Numbered from the stretch's first letter, positions 40,047 to 50,222 are shown. The stretch: DNA of 64,000 bases from an uncultured bacterium (GCA_963717435.1 OY970332.1:128001-192000); one strand, 5' to 3'. The notes: generated by a model from the sequence alone, not told the origin. Numbers and translations: made by a program.

Positions 40047-40209
40047 AAACAAATTTAGCATAAAAATACTATACGTAATTTAATATTACCAGATTAAAGC
40101 CATAACAAACAATATTTATTGTTTGTTATTTTTCAGATATAAAATTAAATATAGCATTAAAAAGGGGGCTTTTTTGAGCCCCCCCTTAATTTTATTAATT
40201 TTTCTCTTA
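40047..40209. repeat. Duplicated intergenic module (terminator plus promoter), copy of 41183-41338
   Basis: Shared GCATAAAAATACTATAC.TAATTTAATATTACCA.ATTAAA and AAAAGGGG(G)CT...AGCCCCC hairpin. Confidence 0.75.
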
Positions 40210-41169
40210 CTGGTTCGGTCTGTAATTTTCAAATATTTCAATAATAGCTTTTAGCTTTTTCATATCTTCAGAGTCAGACATCGATTTCCCAGACATCCAA
40301 GACACCCAATCTTGATTTTTTTTGTTTTCTTCAGCTAATTTAGCAAGCGTTTCTTTTGCATAATCTAATACACTAGATGATCGCCCATTTAACACAGCCA
40401 ATGGGTCAGCGCCATAAGTCATTAATAGCTTAACCAAATCTACATCACGGATTTCAATCGCTGTTACCAAATAGTCGTCTTCTACATCTAATTTGGCTCC
40501 CAATTTAAGAAAATACTCGATATTCTCTCTCTCAGTTTCTCTCAAGGCGGGTTTTACACCTGGAAAAACTAACCTGATCATGGCCATTCTCAAACGGGCT
40601 TCTGGATACTCCAGAGGAACACCGTGGTTAGATATATTAGCCTTAGCCAAATCGGAATGCTTAGCAATTTTTTGGCATCTAAACCAAATCTTTGCATCTA
40701 GATCAACTGCCGCAGCAAGTTTTTCTTGCTCAGAGGCTTTTTGTCCAACCTTATCTTTTATCTTTTGATCAAATTTATTGTATAGATTTTCAATGGCATC
40801 ATTTTTAAATTTGCCATAATTATACTCATTGATTAATCTGGATTTTTCTTTGGGATCAGCAACATTTTTATACTTATTCAATGCATGTGTTTTAACCAAA
40901 TTAATTATAGTCTGCTCAGATCGGCCACCAAGACGTTTCATTGAGTCTGTTAACTTGAAGATTTCAGCCTTGGTTGAGGCACCTATATTAATATTAATAC
41001 CAGCCTTTGCTATCTCTAGCAAAACCCCATTGGGCATTTTTTTGTCTATTTTTGCAATTTTTAAGACTTCTCTTTCCCTTCTGGCTTCTTCCGCCCCCTG
41101 CTCCATGCCATTCAAACCTGCAAAAAGGGTAAAAAGACCCAATAAGCTTAATAATCTTAGATTTTTCAC
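40207..41169 (-). CDS. Secreted ankyrin-repeat protein (putative effector)
   Basis: GGAGG SD then GTG start (VKNLR), signal peptide ending LNGME, C-terminal IEYFLKLGAKLD / LVKLLMTYGADP ankyrin repeats. Confidence 0.75.
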   Translation of the reverse strand: MKNLRLLSLLGLFTLFAGLNGMEQGAEEARREREVLKIAKIDKKMPNGVLLEIAKAGININIGASTKAEIFKLTDSMKRLGGRSEQTIINLVKTHALNKYKNVADPKEKSRLINEYNYGKFKNDAIENLYNKFDQKIKDKVGQKASEQEKLAAAVDLDAKIWFRCQKIAKHSDLAKANISNHGVPLEYPEARLRMAMIRLVFPGVKPALRETERENIEYFLKLGAKLDVEDDYLVTAIEIRDVDLVKLLMTYGADPLAVLNGRSSSVLDYAKETLAKLAEENKKNQDWVSWMSGKSMSDSEDMKKLKAIIEIFENYRPNQ

Positions 41170-41335
41170 GATAACCTCCAAAAAACAAATTTTTGCATAA
41201 AAATACTATACTTAATTTAATATTACCACATTAAACCCGAAACAAAAGTGCCCCTTGTGATTATTTTTCAAATATAATATTAAACAAGCATAAAAAAAGG
41301 GGCTTTTTAGCCCCCTAATTTTATAGCTTTAAATC

Positions 41336-42355
41336 TTACCCGATTAACTTGTTTGTTTCATCGTCAGCTTCAATATCAACATTAAGATTTTGTGGTTCAT
41401 TTGCAGGATTTAGCTGTACGTCTTCACTGTAATAAGTGTCCCCGTTTTCATCAGTCACCATCTGCTTCTTTTCTGCTTCTGCTTTCTCCACGATCTCGTC
41501 AGCAACAGATTCTTTTTTCTGTAATTTTGCTTTATTTGATTCTTGTGCCGTTTGTGTTGTTACAGTTTCTTCTTCCGGATTAAACACCAATTCTTCTTGT
41601 GTTTTATTTTCTGTTTCTTCTGTATTATCAGTCCCGTTGTGGTTTTCTGATTCTAAAGAAACATCTGGATACACTATTTCTTCTTCTTTTGCTGCTTCTT
41701 GTGTTTCTACTTTTTCTTCCGGTTTTTCTTCAGTTGTTGTTATCACATTGTCAGTTTGTGCTTCTAATTCAGAAGTCTGTGCGGGCTGCTGTATTTCTTG
41801 CGTTTCATTAGATGGCGCAGCTACTTCTTCTGTAGTCTCAGCGGGTTGTTCAGTTTGCGCAGGTTGTTCGGTCTCCTCCGACAATTCTGGTTTTTGCTCA
41901 GTCTCAGTTGTTGTCGTTGCCATAGTTGTAGTTGTTAGATCATCGCTAACTTTCTCACCTTCTGCAGCAGGTTCCTCAAAAACAACTTCTGATTTAGGTT
42001 GCTCCGTAACAGCATTCTCAGATTTGTTCTCAGACTCTTCTGGTGCAGTTACTTCTTGGGAAATTTGAGGAGCTTCTTCTTTTTGTTCTTCCTGAGCTTG
42101 AACAGGTTCTACACCAGCTGTTTGCTCAGTGCCCTCAACCGGGTTAGCACCAGGCTGAACAAGTTTTTTTGTTGTATCAGTAGTCATCAAAGTCGAGGTC
42201 GACAAATCTGAACTAATTGGCTCAGGCTTATTTTCTGCATTAACTTCAGTTGCGATACCCTGCTCATCAGATAATGCGCCACGTGTGGCATTAACTGCAA
42301 CACCTGACAATAATAATATTATCGAAAGATATTTTATATCTCTTAGATTCTTCAT
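41336..42355 (-). CDS. Secreted acidic low-complexity (E/T/Q/P-rich) protein
   Basis: GGAGG SD then MKNLR, signal peptide, repeated EQPAQT-like and LTTTTMATT-like units. Confidence 0.75.
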   Translation of the reverse strand: MKNLRDIKYLSIILLLSGVAVNATRGALSDEQGIATEVNAENKPEPISSDLSTSTLMTTDTTKKLVQPGANPVEGTEQTAGVEPVQAQEEQKEEAPQISQEVTAPEESENKSENAVTEQPKSEVVFEEPAAEGEKVSDDLTTTTMATTTTETEQKPELSEETEQPAQTEQPAETTEEVAAPSNETQEIQQPAQTSELEAQTDNVITTTEEKPEEKVETQEAAKEEEIVYPDVSLESENHNGTDNTEETENKTQEELVFNPEEETVTTQTAQESNKAKLQKKESVADEIVEKAEAEKKQMVTDENGDTYYSEDVQLNPANEPQNLNVDIEADDETNKLIG

Positions 42356-42500
42356 AATAACCTCCAAAAACCAAATTAAGTGCAACTTAATTCGATCATT
42401 AACTATATTTTAACTATTTATTCTAATTTCAGAATACCAATTTTGAGTGACAAAAAGCAATAGTTTGCGATAATTATAATCTTTTTTAGCTGTTTTTAAC

Positions 42501-44228
42501 CTATTTTAAGCTTAACCCGGGTAGCGGTTCAGAAGTCGCCAAAGACGGTCTTGGGACGCCCAAAATGTAAGATAAGCTTACAGGTACAGAAAGCATAGAA
42601 ACGTTCTTAAATATCGTCTGCTTTTGGAACCTGCTGGACTGATAAAATATTAGCGGCACCTGGCGGTCATAATTTTGCGGGCTCAAATGGGTTGTACCAG
42701 AAGGCAAATTATCCATAAAATTATACGGTCTTATTTCATAAATTAACTGCCCACTTCTACCTGGGAAAGTTTGATTTTTAAAGTACCAACCTGGATCGCC
42801 TTCTTCAAAAATAGCACTTTTAAGTTCTTTTTCTGACCAAACCCTACCTATCCCGGTCTGAGATAACAAATAATCTTTTAAATCTTTATTAATTTTTTCC
42901 TGAGTCTCAGGATCAAGTTTATTAAATTTGTTAAGATCATAGTAAAAAAACGGGGCCTTAAATTTAAACACAAACTTATCTATGTCATATTTTTTCTTAA
43001 CCAGATCGTTCATAGCAGCAAATATCTCTTGCTCATTAAGTCTTTTTGCCATAGGCATACCCTGATCCTTTGTAACCTCATAAATCGGTTGCATGCCATG
43101 ATCGGCTGTCAGGATAAATAGAACATCTTTTTTATCAAATTTAGAGTATACAAAATCCATAAACTCTTGAAGCTGGTGATCCATTTGATAGATCATATCG
43201 ATATATTCAAGGGTTTGCGGACCATACAAGTGACCGATTTTATCAAGACTACTTAAACTTAGCCACATTAATATTTTATTATTATTTTTCTTTTCTAGAT
43301 TTTCTTTTATCGTATTTTCAAGCGCAAGCTCAGCCAGATTCACCAAATTTTTATTTGCCATTGGCGTCGCCAAAAATAACGCATACGGCTCTTTGGTTTT
43401 ACGATCTATGCCAATATATTTGCCGATAATCGAGTGACCCAAAGTAGAATATTTATAGTTGTCTATTTCTGGGAATTTGTACTGCTCAGCTGATTTATCA
43501 AAAAGCGGGTTCCATTTAAAACTCTTAACTTGGTCGATTTTTTGGTCTGTGTTAAATTTTACGAGCCAATCTGGTAATTTATCAAAATAAGCTTTGCTTG
43601 AGGTAAAAAATGCATCTTTTTCATCAAACCATACGGCTTTTGCACCAGCTTCTCCGGCCAACGCCCCCATATGTCCGGCCAATGCTATTGCGGCCCTGCT
43701 TTTTAAAGAAAGCGATAATATACTGTATTTTGAAATTGGAGAATGGGCCAACACGATCTGATCAGACAGGTTATCAACCAATATATTCTTGGGAGATTTG
43801 CCTTTTTTATCTTTAATGGCATAAGTCGAAATACCATCTTTTTTAAATACTGCAGCTGATTCGGAACTATCATCATCGGCTTTAGTTTTTTTCTCTTTGC
43901 CTTGCTCAAACCACTCATTATTTACTATCCCATGATCTTTTGCATATGCCCCTGTGGAAAGCGCAGTATGACCTATGGCTGTCCCAGGTGCCGCATGGGG
44001 AAAAAACGCACTCATGTAACTTGTTCCGTTATCCAGCAAATTACCCAGGCCCCCTTTAAGATATGGTCTTAAAGATCTAAGCGAGTTAAAAGATAACTGG
44101 TCGATTACTATAAAAACGGTCAACTTAGGCGCTTCAACAGCCTTGGTACTTTTCTCTTCAGCAGCCAAAGCCGCAAAGTTTATTATTATGGCAATCAGGG
44201 CAATATTAAACCACCTTATAACCTTCAC
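42501..44228 (-). CDS. Secreted alkaline phosphatase superfamily protein (PafA/nucleotide pyrophosphatase-like)
   Basis: PKLTVFIVIDQL, GTAIGH (Thr nucleophile), HGIVNNEW, SLKSRAAI, DKIGH.YGP, LTADHG, GTTH, YDRQVPLI. Confidence 0.9.
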   Translation of the reverse strand: MKVIRWFNIALIAIIINFAALAAEEKSTKAVEAPKLTVFIVIDQLSFNSLRSLRPYLKGGLGNLLDNGTSYMSAFFPHAAPGTAIGHTALSTGAYAKDHGIVNNEWFEQGKEKKTKADDDSSESAAVFKKDGISTYAIKDKKGKSPKNILVDNLSDQIVLAHSPISKYSILSLSLKSRAAIALAGHMGALAGEAGAKAVWFDEKDAFFTSSKAYFDKLPDWLVKFNTDQKIDQVKSFKWNPLFDKSAEQYKFPEIDNYKYSTLGHSIIGKYIGIDRKTKEPYALFLATPMANKNLVNLAELALENTIKENLEKKNNNKILMWLSLSSLDKIGHLYGPQTLEYIDMIYQMDHQLQEFMDFVYSKFDKKDVLFILTADHGMQPIYEVTKDQGMPMAKRLNEQEIFAAMNDLVKKKYDIDKFVFKFKAPFFYYDLNKFNKLDPETQEKINKDLKDYLLSQTGIGRVWSEKELKSAIFEEGDPGWYFKNQTFPGRSGQLIYEIRPYNFMDNLPSGTTHLSPQNYDRQVPLIFYQSSRFQKQTIFKNVSMLSVPVSLSYILGVPRPSLATSEPLPGLSLK

Positions 44229-44460
44229 ACTTCCCCCAGTTTTTCTAAATTTACAATTTTAAATATAGAAATAAATTTTAACTAACAAATTATAATATAT
44301 TTCTATCTTCAATTATAAATATACAAAAAAGAAACCAGGAAATGCAATAGTATGCATTCCCCGGTTTAAAATGTTCAATTATTAGTTTAAGTCTGAGTTA
44401 AATTTTAATGATAAATACCAACTTAACCAATTTTGGTCCAGACAGGTATCTAAACAAAAA

Positions 44461-44491
44461 AACCGGGGAAGGCGTTTATTCCTTCCCCGGT
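44461..44491 (-). terminator. Rho-independent terminator
   Basis: ACCGGGGAAGG / CCTTCCCCGGT stem with adjacent A-run; a related hairpin lies at about 44332-44367. Confidence 0.75.
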
Positions 44492-44519
44492 CAATAAAAT
44501 TCGATTTAAAGTCTAAGTG

Positions 44520-45299
44520 TTACTTTTTTGAACCAAAAAGCTTTTCGAAAACTTCTGGAAGCAAATTAGCCTTTAGCATATTTCTATAGCGTTTAGAAAA
44601 AGCGATTTTGTTCAACGCTTCTTTAAAGTTATTCAAATAACTCTCTGATTTTTCTGCTTTCAGGACATTTTCCCAACCCTGAGCAGCTGCTTTACCATAT
44701 TCCGCATTGCTGGCTGTAAACGCTTGATTCGATAGGTCAAGTTTTGCTCCAAGCTTGGTCAATGCTAAGTTATTAGATTCAATTTCTGCGTTCAATGAAT
44801 CAATTTCCGTTAGAGCAATTTGCTTCACTACATCATATTCTCGTTGAAGTGCTTTAAGTTTTGCATCTTTTAAAGTAGTTGCATCAACTGTGCTTTGGTA
44901 CCCTTCATTCAATAGAGCAAGTTTGGCTTCAGATTGTTCCAGTTTTTTAGCCAACTGTCCCTTTGATTTCAAATCTGCAAAAGCTTTTTTAGAATATACG
45001 TCAAACAATTGACCATATTTCTCTTGAGAATTAGCCTTTTCAAGAGCAAGATCTTTTCTTAGCTTATAAATATAAGCACCGCCAGCAAGTGCTACAACTG
45101 CGGCAGCAGCGCCAATTGCGACTTCTTTTTTATGAGCAGAAGCCCATTCTCTAGCTTCGTTAAACTTTTGTTTACCAAAGTTAATAGTTTTAACAGCTGA
45201 ATCCTTAACTCCAGTTGTAACTTGAGAGAAAGTAATAGCTTGAACATTTGCAGCAAATACTATTAAAGTAAGTGCCATTGATTTAAATTGTAGTTTCAT
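44520..45299 (-). CDS. Secreted/membrane-anchored coiled-coil protein (WASAHKK + TM module)
   Basis: Signal peptide MKLQFKSMALTLIVFAANVQA; motif + TM; coiled-coil C-terminus. Confidence 0.8.
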   Translation of the reverse strand: MKLQFKSMALTLIVFAANVQAITFSQVTTGVKDSAVKTINFGKQKFNEAREWASAHKKEVAIGAAAAVVALAGGAYIYKLRKDLALEKANSQEKYGQLFDVYSKKAFADLKSKGQLAKKLEQSEAKLALLNEGYQSTVDATTLKDAKLKALQREYDVVKQIALTEIDSLNAEIESNNLALTKLGAKLDLSNQAFTASNAEYGKAAAQGWENVLKAEKSESYLNNFKEALNKIAFSKRYRNMLKANLLPEVFEKLFGSKK

Positions 45300-45439
45300 T
45301 AGAAACACTCCATAAAAAAATTATTATACGATTAAACTCAACGATTTTTATCAATATTCAGTTAAGATTTAAGATAGGATTTAACCCTAACTAATAATCA
45401 TAATACCATAACAACCCATATTTTCAACTGGTCAATAAT
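45238..45439. repeat. About 200-bp direct repeat (promoter, 5' UTR, signal peptide), copy at 46018-46218
   Basis: Near-identical AAACACTCCATAAAAAAATTATTATACGATTAAACTCAACGATTT...TTTTCAACTGGTCAATAAT in both copies. Confidence 0.85.
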
Positions 45440-45550
45440 GCTGCCAAGAATGGGGTGCCAAGGGCGCCTTGGAGTGGAAAACTCAAAGAACAGCTATTCT
45501 CAGGTTAGAAAATACTTAAATACAGCATGTTTTTCATATTAAAAACAAAA

Positions 45551-45582
45551 AACTGGAGAAGGTTTTTATTCCTTCTCCAGTT
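45551..45582 (-). terminator. Rho-independent terminator
   Basis: AACTGGAGAAGG / CCTTCTCCAGTT stem, homologous to 44461-44491 with compensatory changes. Confidence 0.75.
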
Positions 45583-45653
45583 ACTTTAGTGAATTAATAA
45601 GGGGCCACAAGGACCCCTTATTTTATTTTCAAAATTAGTTAATAATAACTAAA

Positions 45654-46079
45654 TTATGCTGGAATAACACCAAAAAACGTAGCTACTATAGCGTTACCTA
45701 TTTTTTCTCTATTATAAGTAAGAGCACCAGTTGCAACTGCTCCTGCTACCAAACCAACTGTTGTTTTCTTGTGATTTTTGATCCAAGAAGCAACATTATT
45801 ACCTGCTTGTTTAGCTTTAGCTCCGACGAAAGAAGCAACATTGCTCGCTGCTTTTTTAGCGTTAGCTTTAACTGATTCTAATTTACCAGCTTTGTTAAGC
45901 TTATAAAGACCTGTAACTGCAGCGACAGGAACAAGAACTTTTGCAGCTGTTTTTGCATTATTTCTGGTCAAAGAAGCTTTAGCCAAAGCCGCAACTCCTG
46001 CAAACTTATATTCTGCTGCTTGAACATTAGATGCAAATACTATTAAAGCAAGTGACATCAATTTAAATTGTAGTTTCAT
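45654..46079 (-). CDS. Secreted Ala/Lys-rich protein (WIKNHKK + TM module)
   Basis: Signal peptide shared with the 44520 ORF; ASWIKNHKKTTVGLVAGAVATGALTY. Confidence 0.75.
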   Translation of the reverse strand: MKLQFKLMSLALIVFASNVQAAEYKFAGVAALAKASLTRNNAKTAAKVLVPVAAVTGLYKLNKAGKLESVKANAKKAASNVASFVGAKAKQAGNNVASWIKNHKKTTVGLVAGAVATGALTYNREKIGNAIVATFFGVIPA

Positions 46080-46382
46080 TTGAAACACTCCATAAAAAAA
46101 TTATTATACGATTAAACTCAACGATTTCATAAATATTCAGTTAAAATTTAAGATATCTTTTAAACCCAACTAATAGCCATAATACCACAACTGCCATTAT
46201 TTTCAACTGGTCAATAATCAATGCCGGAGCCTACCTGAAAAAAATGGGCATATTGTGAAAAAATCTCTAGCAGCTTGTCTTTGTCAGCAAGCTGTTTTAA
46301 GCTACTTTGAACAAAAAAGTGGGCACAAAAGAGCAAAAGAGAACAATAAAAAAAGCATAAAAAGAGTAGTAAAGAAAGCAGC

Positions 46383-47879
46383 ATGAATAACACAAATAAC
46401 TTTAATAAGACAAATAATCAAAAACCGGGTATTTTGCGGGCCAAGTTTATATCTATAATATTAACTGCTATTTTGGCCACAACTTTGCCAATTGTGGGGA
46501 AAAAATCATTAAAAACGAGCCAGACATATTTTCTTGCAAGACCACTGTATCACAATATGCCCGCGCGGCAGACCTTGTGGACGCCAATTATTAATGACGA
46601 TTGTAATGCTTGTGAAAATGGGGTAAAAACGCATGTGTGCGGAACAATTCAAGCAGTTGCGCTGTATCAAAAATCACTTTGCGATTCGAACAAAGATGTC
46701 GCAGGATATTTTTTGTTTAAATGTAAAAATTGCTTAACTGTTAAGGGTGATAATGCGATAAGCAATATTACCCAGCGTGATATTCGAGCAGAATGGATCG
46801 GGCTGCCAGCAGATTTTTCAGGCGATTTTTGCATAAACCCCAAACAGAAGCAAGAGGGCTTTATGCTTGAATATAGCCAAAAACTGAGAAGATTCTCGAG
46901 CCATAAGCTATTTAAAAACTTGTATATAAATGTGATAATGCCATTTGTTTGGGTAAAAAACCAGACAAATCTTACCGGAAACACGCAAATCATTCAGGCA
47001 TTTAATCAAGAAAGCTGGCAGTTTGCCAAAATTTCAGATCATGAACAAAGCAGTCACGGGCTAGCCGAAATTCGAGCATCTATAGGGGCAACTTTGTATA
47101 ATCAAGACGACTTTTTGGTCGCAACTGAAACATTTGGAATAATTCCATTAAAAAAATATAAATACCCGCATTATTTGTTTATGCCTATTGTTGGTACCAA
47201 CAATAAATTAGGTTTTGGGACAAATCTGAGATTTGATCTGCCATTGCAAGAATATTACGCTGACTATAAAGCTATATTATATTTCTGCATAGAAGGGCAA
47301 TATTATCTAAAAGATACCCAGCGCAGGACCCTTGATTTGCGCCATAACCCCTGGAGCAGGTATTTGTTATACCAAAACCAATATTCAGGAGAGATTGTTC
47401 AGGGTGTGAATATTTTAACCCCTTGGGTTATCGTTAACCCTTACTGCTTTGTTGAGCTTGATGCCGGGGTAAGATTTGAATTTGGGGGCCTCAATTTTGA
47501 GCTGGGCTATAACTTTTGGTCAAATGGTAGAGAGAAGCTAGAATTGAATGAAAACTGCTGCCAAAAGACAGAATTTGTTTTCCAGAACTATGGCATATCT
47601 GGCAGCGCCCCACTAACTTCAGCTTCAAACAGTACTATAAACAATCTGGCCCCTAATGACAGTAGCTTTGTAACCTTAATGGCGTCAGATTTAGATCTTA
47701 CATCGGGGGGGTCTCGTGGGGCACAGGTTAATAAATTTTATGGATTTCTGGGATACCGAACCGCGACACATAGATTATTAACTCTTTTTGCAGGGCTTGG
47801 TGGCTCCATCGAAGTTCCAGATTCAAACACTGCATTTAAGCAAGCGGCAGGATGGTTCAAGCTGGGCTTAGAATTTTAA
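46383..47879 (+). CDS. Secreted hypothetical protein, probable outer-membrane beta-barrel
   Basis: Hydrophobic leader, amphipathic beta strands, C-terminal GWFKLGLEF (BAM-type signal). Confidence 0.65.
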   Translation: MNNTNNFNKTNNQKPGILRAKFISIILTAILATTLPIVGKKSLKTSQTYFLARPLYHNMPARQTLWTPIINDDCNACENGVKTHVCGTIQAVALYQKSLCDSNKDVAGYFLFKCKNCLTVKGDNAISNITQRDIRAEWIGLPADFSGDFCINPKQKQEGFMLEYSQKLRRFSSHKLFKNLYINVIMPFVWVKNQTNLTGNTQIIQAFNQESWQFAKISDHEQSSHGLAEIRASIGATLYNQDDFLVATETFGIIPLKKYKYPHYLFMPIVGTNNKLGFGTNLRFDLPLQEYYADYKAILYFCIEGQYYLKDTQRRTLDLRHNPWSRYLLYQNQYSGEIVQGVNILTPWVIVNPYCFVELDAGVRFEFGGLNFELGYNFWSNGREKLELNENCCQKTEFVFQNYGISGSAPLTSASNSTINNLAPNDSSFVTLMASDLDLTSGGSRGAQVNKFYGFLGYRTATHRLLTLFAGLGGSIEVPDSNTAFKQAAGWFKLGLEF

Positions 47880-47979
47880 ATAAATTATGTTATAATTTTC
47901 TTCAAAAAGTGGCAATTAAAAGCAAAAATCCAAAATATTACAAAAATATTAACACTTTCACTATCAAAGTTATAACTTC

Positions 47980-48402
47980 ATGAATAAACACAAAATCAAA
48001 TTACTTTTTGCAGTCAGTTGTTATTTGCCAAGCTTATTAGCCCCCCTGCGCCCGGTAGTAACAGAAGATAACAGGCTTATCTTTGAGAGTGATGAAGCAG
48101 ATGAAAACTCTAATGAACAAAATAAACGAGTTTTAACAGAACAACAGGCGATAGTCGTTAAAGTATTATGCATAATAAGCAAAGAAAATAATTGGCCGCA
48201 AGAGTATATCTCTTACTGGGCATATTTGGCTCTAGCAAATTCAAATTTAGAGGCCATAATAATTCTCAAATTTATGGCCAGGGAAAAATATTTTTCTGAA
48301 AAATCTTCTGGCCAATCTGAACCCAGACTTCAAAGTCTTTTAATTTCAATGGAAAAACTGGTTTTCCTAAACCCCACAATCGAACAAATACTTAATAGTT
48401 AA
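47980..48402 (+). CDS. Hypothetical protein with signal-peptide-like N-terminus
   Basis: 140-aa ORF filling the intergenic space; hydrophobic leader. Confidence 0.55.
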   Translation: MNKHKIKLLFAVSCYLPSLLAPLRPVVTEDNRLIFESDEADENSNEQNKRVLTEQQAIVVKVLCIISKENNWPQEYISYWAYLALANSNLEAIIILKFMAREKYFSEKSSGQSEPRLQSLLISMEKLVFLNPTIEQILNS

Positions 48403-48423
48403 ACTTGCAAAAACTTGATTAAC

Positions 48424-48458
48424 AAAAGAGGGCCGGATTTTCTCCAGCCCTCTTTTTT
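48424..48458. terminator. Bidirectional terminator downstream of groEL
   Basis: AAAAGAGGGCCGGA / TCCAGCCCTCTTTT hairpin between convergent genes. Confidence 0.8.
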
Positions 48459-48471
48459 TAATTAAATATTA

Positions 48472-50120
48472 TTAATACATGCCTGGCATGCCGCCCCATG
48501 CGGCCATGGCCAGCATGAGCAGCCGTCTCTTTTTTCTCTTCAGGAATATCAGCAATAATCGCTTCAGTAGTTAACAATAAGCCAGCAATAGATGCTGCAT
48601 TTTGTAATGCTGAACGTACAACTTTAGCAGGATCAATAATACCCGCTTCAATCATATCAACAAATTCACCAGTTTTTGCATCAAAGCCGATATTGCCACG
48701 ATTCTGCACGAACACTGTTAACAATAACAGATGCTTCAAAGCCAGCATTTGAGCAAATAATACGCAAAGGCTCTTCAAGCGCACGATGAACAATTTGTGC
48801 ACCAAGTTGTTCATCACCTTCAAGCTTTAATTTATTAACAGCTTCTTGAGCACGTAGTAATGCAACACCACCACCAGCAACAATACCTTCTTCAACAGCA
48901 GCACGTGTTGCATGTAAAGCATCTTCAATGCGATCTTTTTTTTCTTTCATTTCAGTTTCAGTTGCAGCACCAACTTTAATAACTGCAACACCACCAGCAA
49001 GTTTAGCAAGACGTTCTTGAAGTTTTTCTTTGTCATAATCAGAAGTAGTATTTTCAATTTGAGACTTTGATTTGCATAACGCGGCCTTTAATAGCTCTGT
49101 CGCTGCCAGAGCCTTCAATAATAGTAGTATGTATCTTTAGTAACAACCACTTTTTTAGCGCGACCAAGATCAGTTAAGTGTAACATGTTTCAAGCTTTAA
49201 ACCAAGATCTTCAGAAATCAAGTTTACCACCAGTTAAGATAGCAATATCTTCAAGCATTGCTTTACGACGATCACCAAAACCAGGTGCTTTAACTGCTAC
49301 AACATTAAGATGCCACGAAGTTTATTAACAACTAATGTTGCAAGTGCTTCGCCTTCAACATCTTCTGCAATAATAAATAATGGACGTACCAGATTTTGCA
49401 ACTTGTTCAAGTACTGGCAATAAGCTCTTCATGCTTGAAATTTTTTTTTCAAAAATCAAAATAAATGGATCATTCATAACTGCTTCCATTTTTTCTGCAT
49501 CAGTTACAAAATAAGGAGAAAGATATCCACGATCAAATTGCATACCTTCAACAACTGTCAATTCACTTTCCATGCCTTTTGCTTCTTCAACGGTAATAAC
49601 ACCATCGCGACCAACTTTTTCCATAGCTTGAGCAATTTGTTCACCAATAAAGGTGTCTGAATTTGCAGAAATAGTAGCAACTTGCTCAATCTCTTTTTTG
49701 CTACTTACTTTTTTTGAACGAGCTTTTAATATCTTCAACAACTGCTATAACTGCTTTATCGATACCACGCTTTAGTTCCATAGGATTAGCGCCAGCAGTA
49801 ACATATTTATTACCTTCACGGAAAATAGCTTGAGTCAAAACTGTTGCGGTAGTTGTTCCATCACCAGCAACATCTGCTGTTTTGCTTGCAACTTCACGCA
49901 CCATTTGCGCGCCCATATTTTCAACAGGATCCGCTAGTTCAATTTCTTTTGCAACACTCACACCATCTTTGGTAATCGCAGGTGATCCAAATGCTTTTCC
50001 ATAAGCAACATTACGACCACGGGGCCCAAGGGTTACTTTTACTGCATTTGCTAAGGTATCAACGCCATTTGCCAATTTTTGACGCGCTTCTACGCCAAAT
50101 AAAATTTTTTTTCCAGCCAT
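48472..50120 (-). pseudogene. groL: Chaperonin GroEL, interrupted by at least ten single-base indels (likely sequence error)
   Basis: Fragments carry [65 protein letters not shown] tail; full collinear coverage once indels are removed. Confidence 0.9.
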
Positions 50121-50167
50121 GATGTTCCCATTTTGTTTTAAAATTTTTGTTCTGTTAATTAATAAAC

Positions 50168-50222
50168 CCCGCTCGTCCCGAGTGCCCGACGTAGCTTTAG
50201 CGTAGACGGGTGTATCGAGGGA
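50168..50222 (+). repeat. Palindromic element copy 5 (type A arms) between groES and groEL
   Basis: CCCGCTCGTCCCGAGTG-CCCGACGTAGCTTTAGCGTAGACGGGT-GTATCGAGGGA. Confidence 0.9.

Noticed and set aside
41436-42068. 210-aa plus-strand ORF and other long antisense ORFs (33000-33530, 53515-54027, 62076-62453)
   Set aside because: Shadows of well-supported genes on the opposite strand, lacking SD sites or motifs.
48472-50120. Programmed frameshifting or split-gene GroEL
   Set aside because: Too many indels, most outside slippery runs; error or decay is far more parsimonious.
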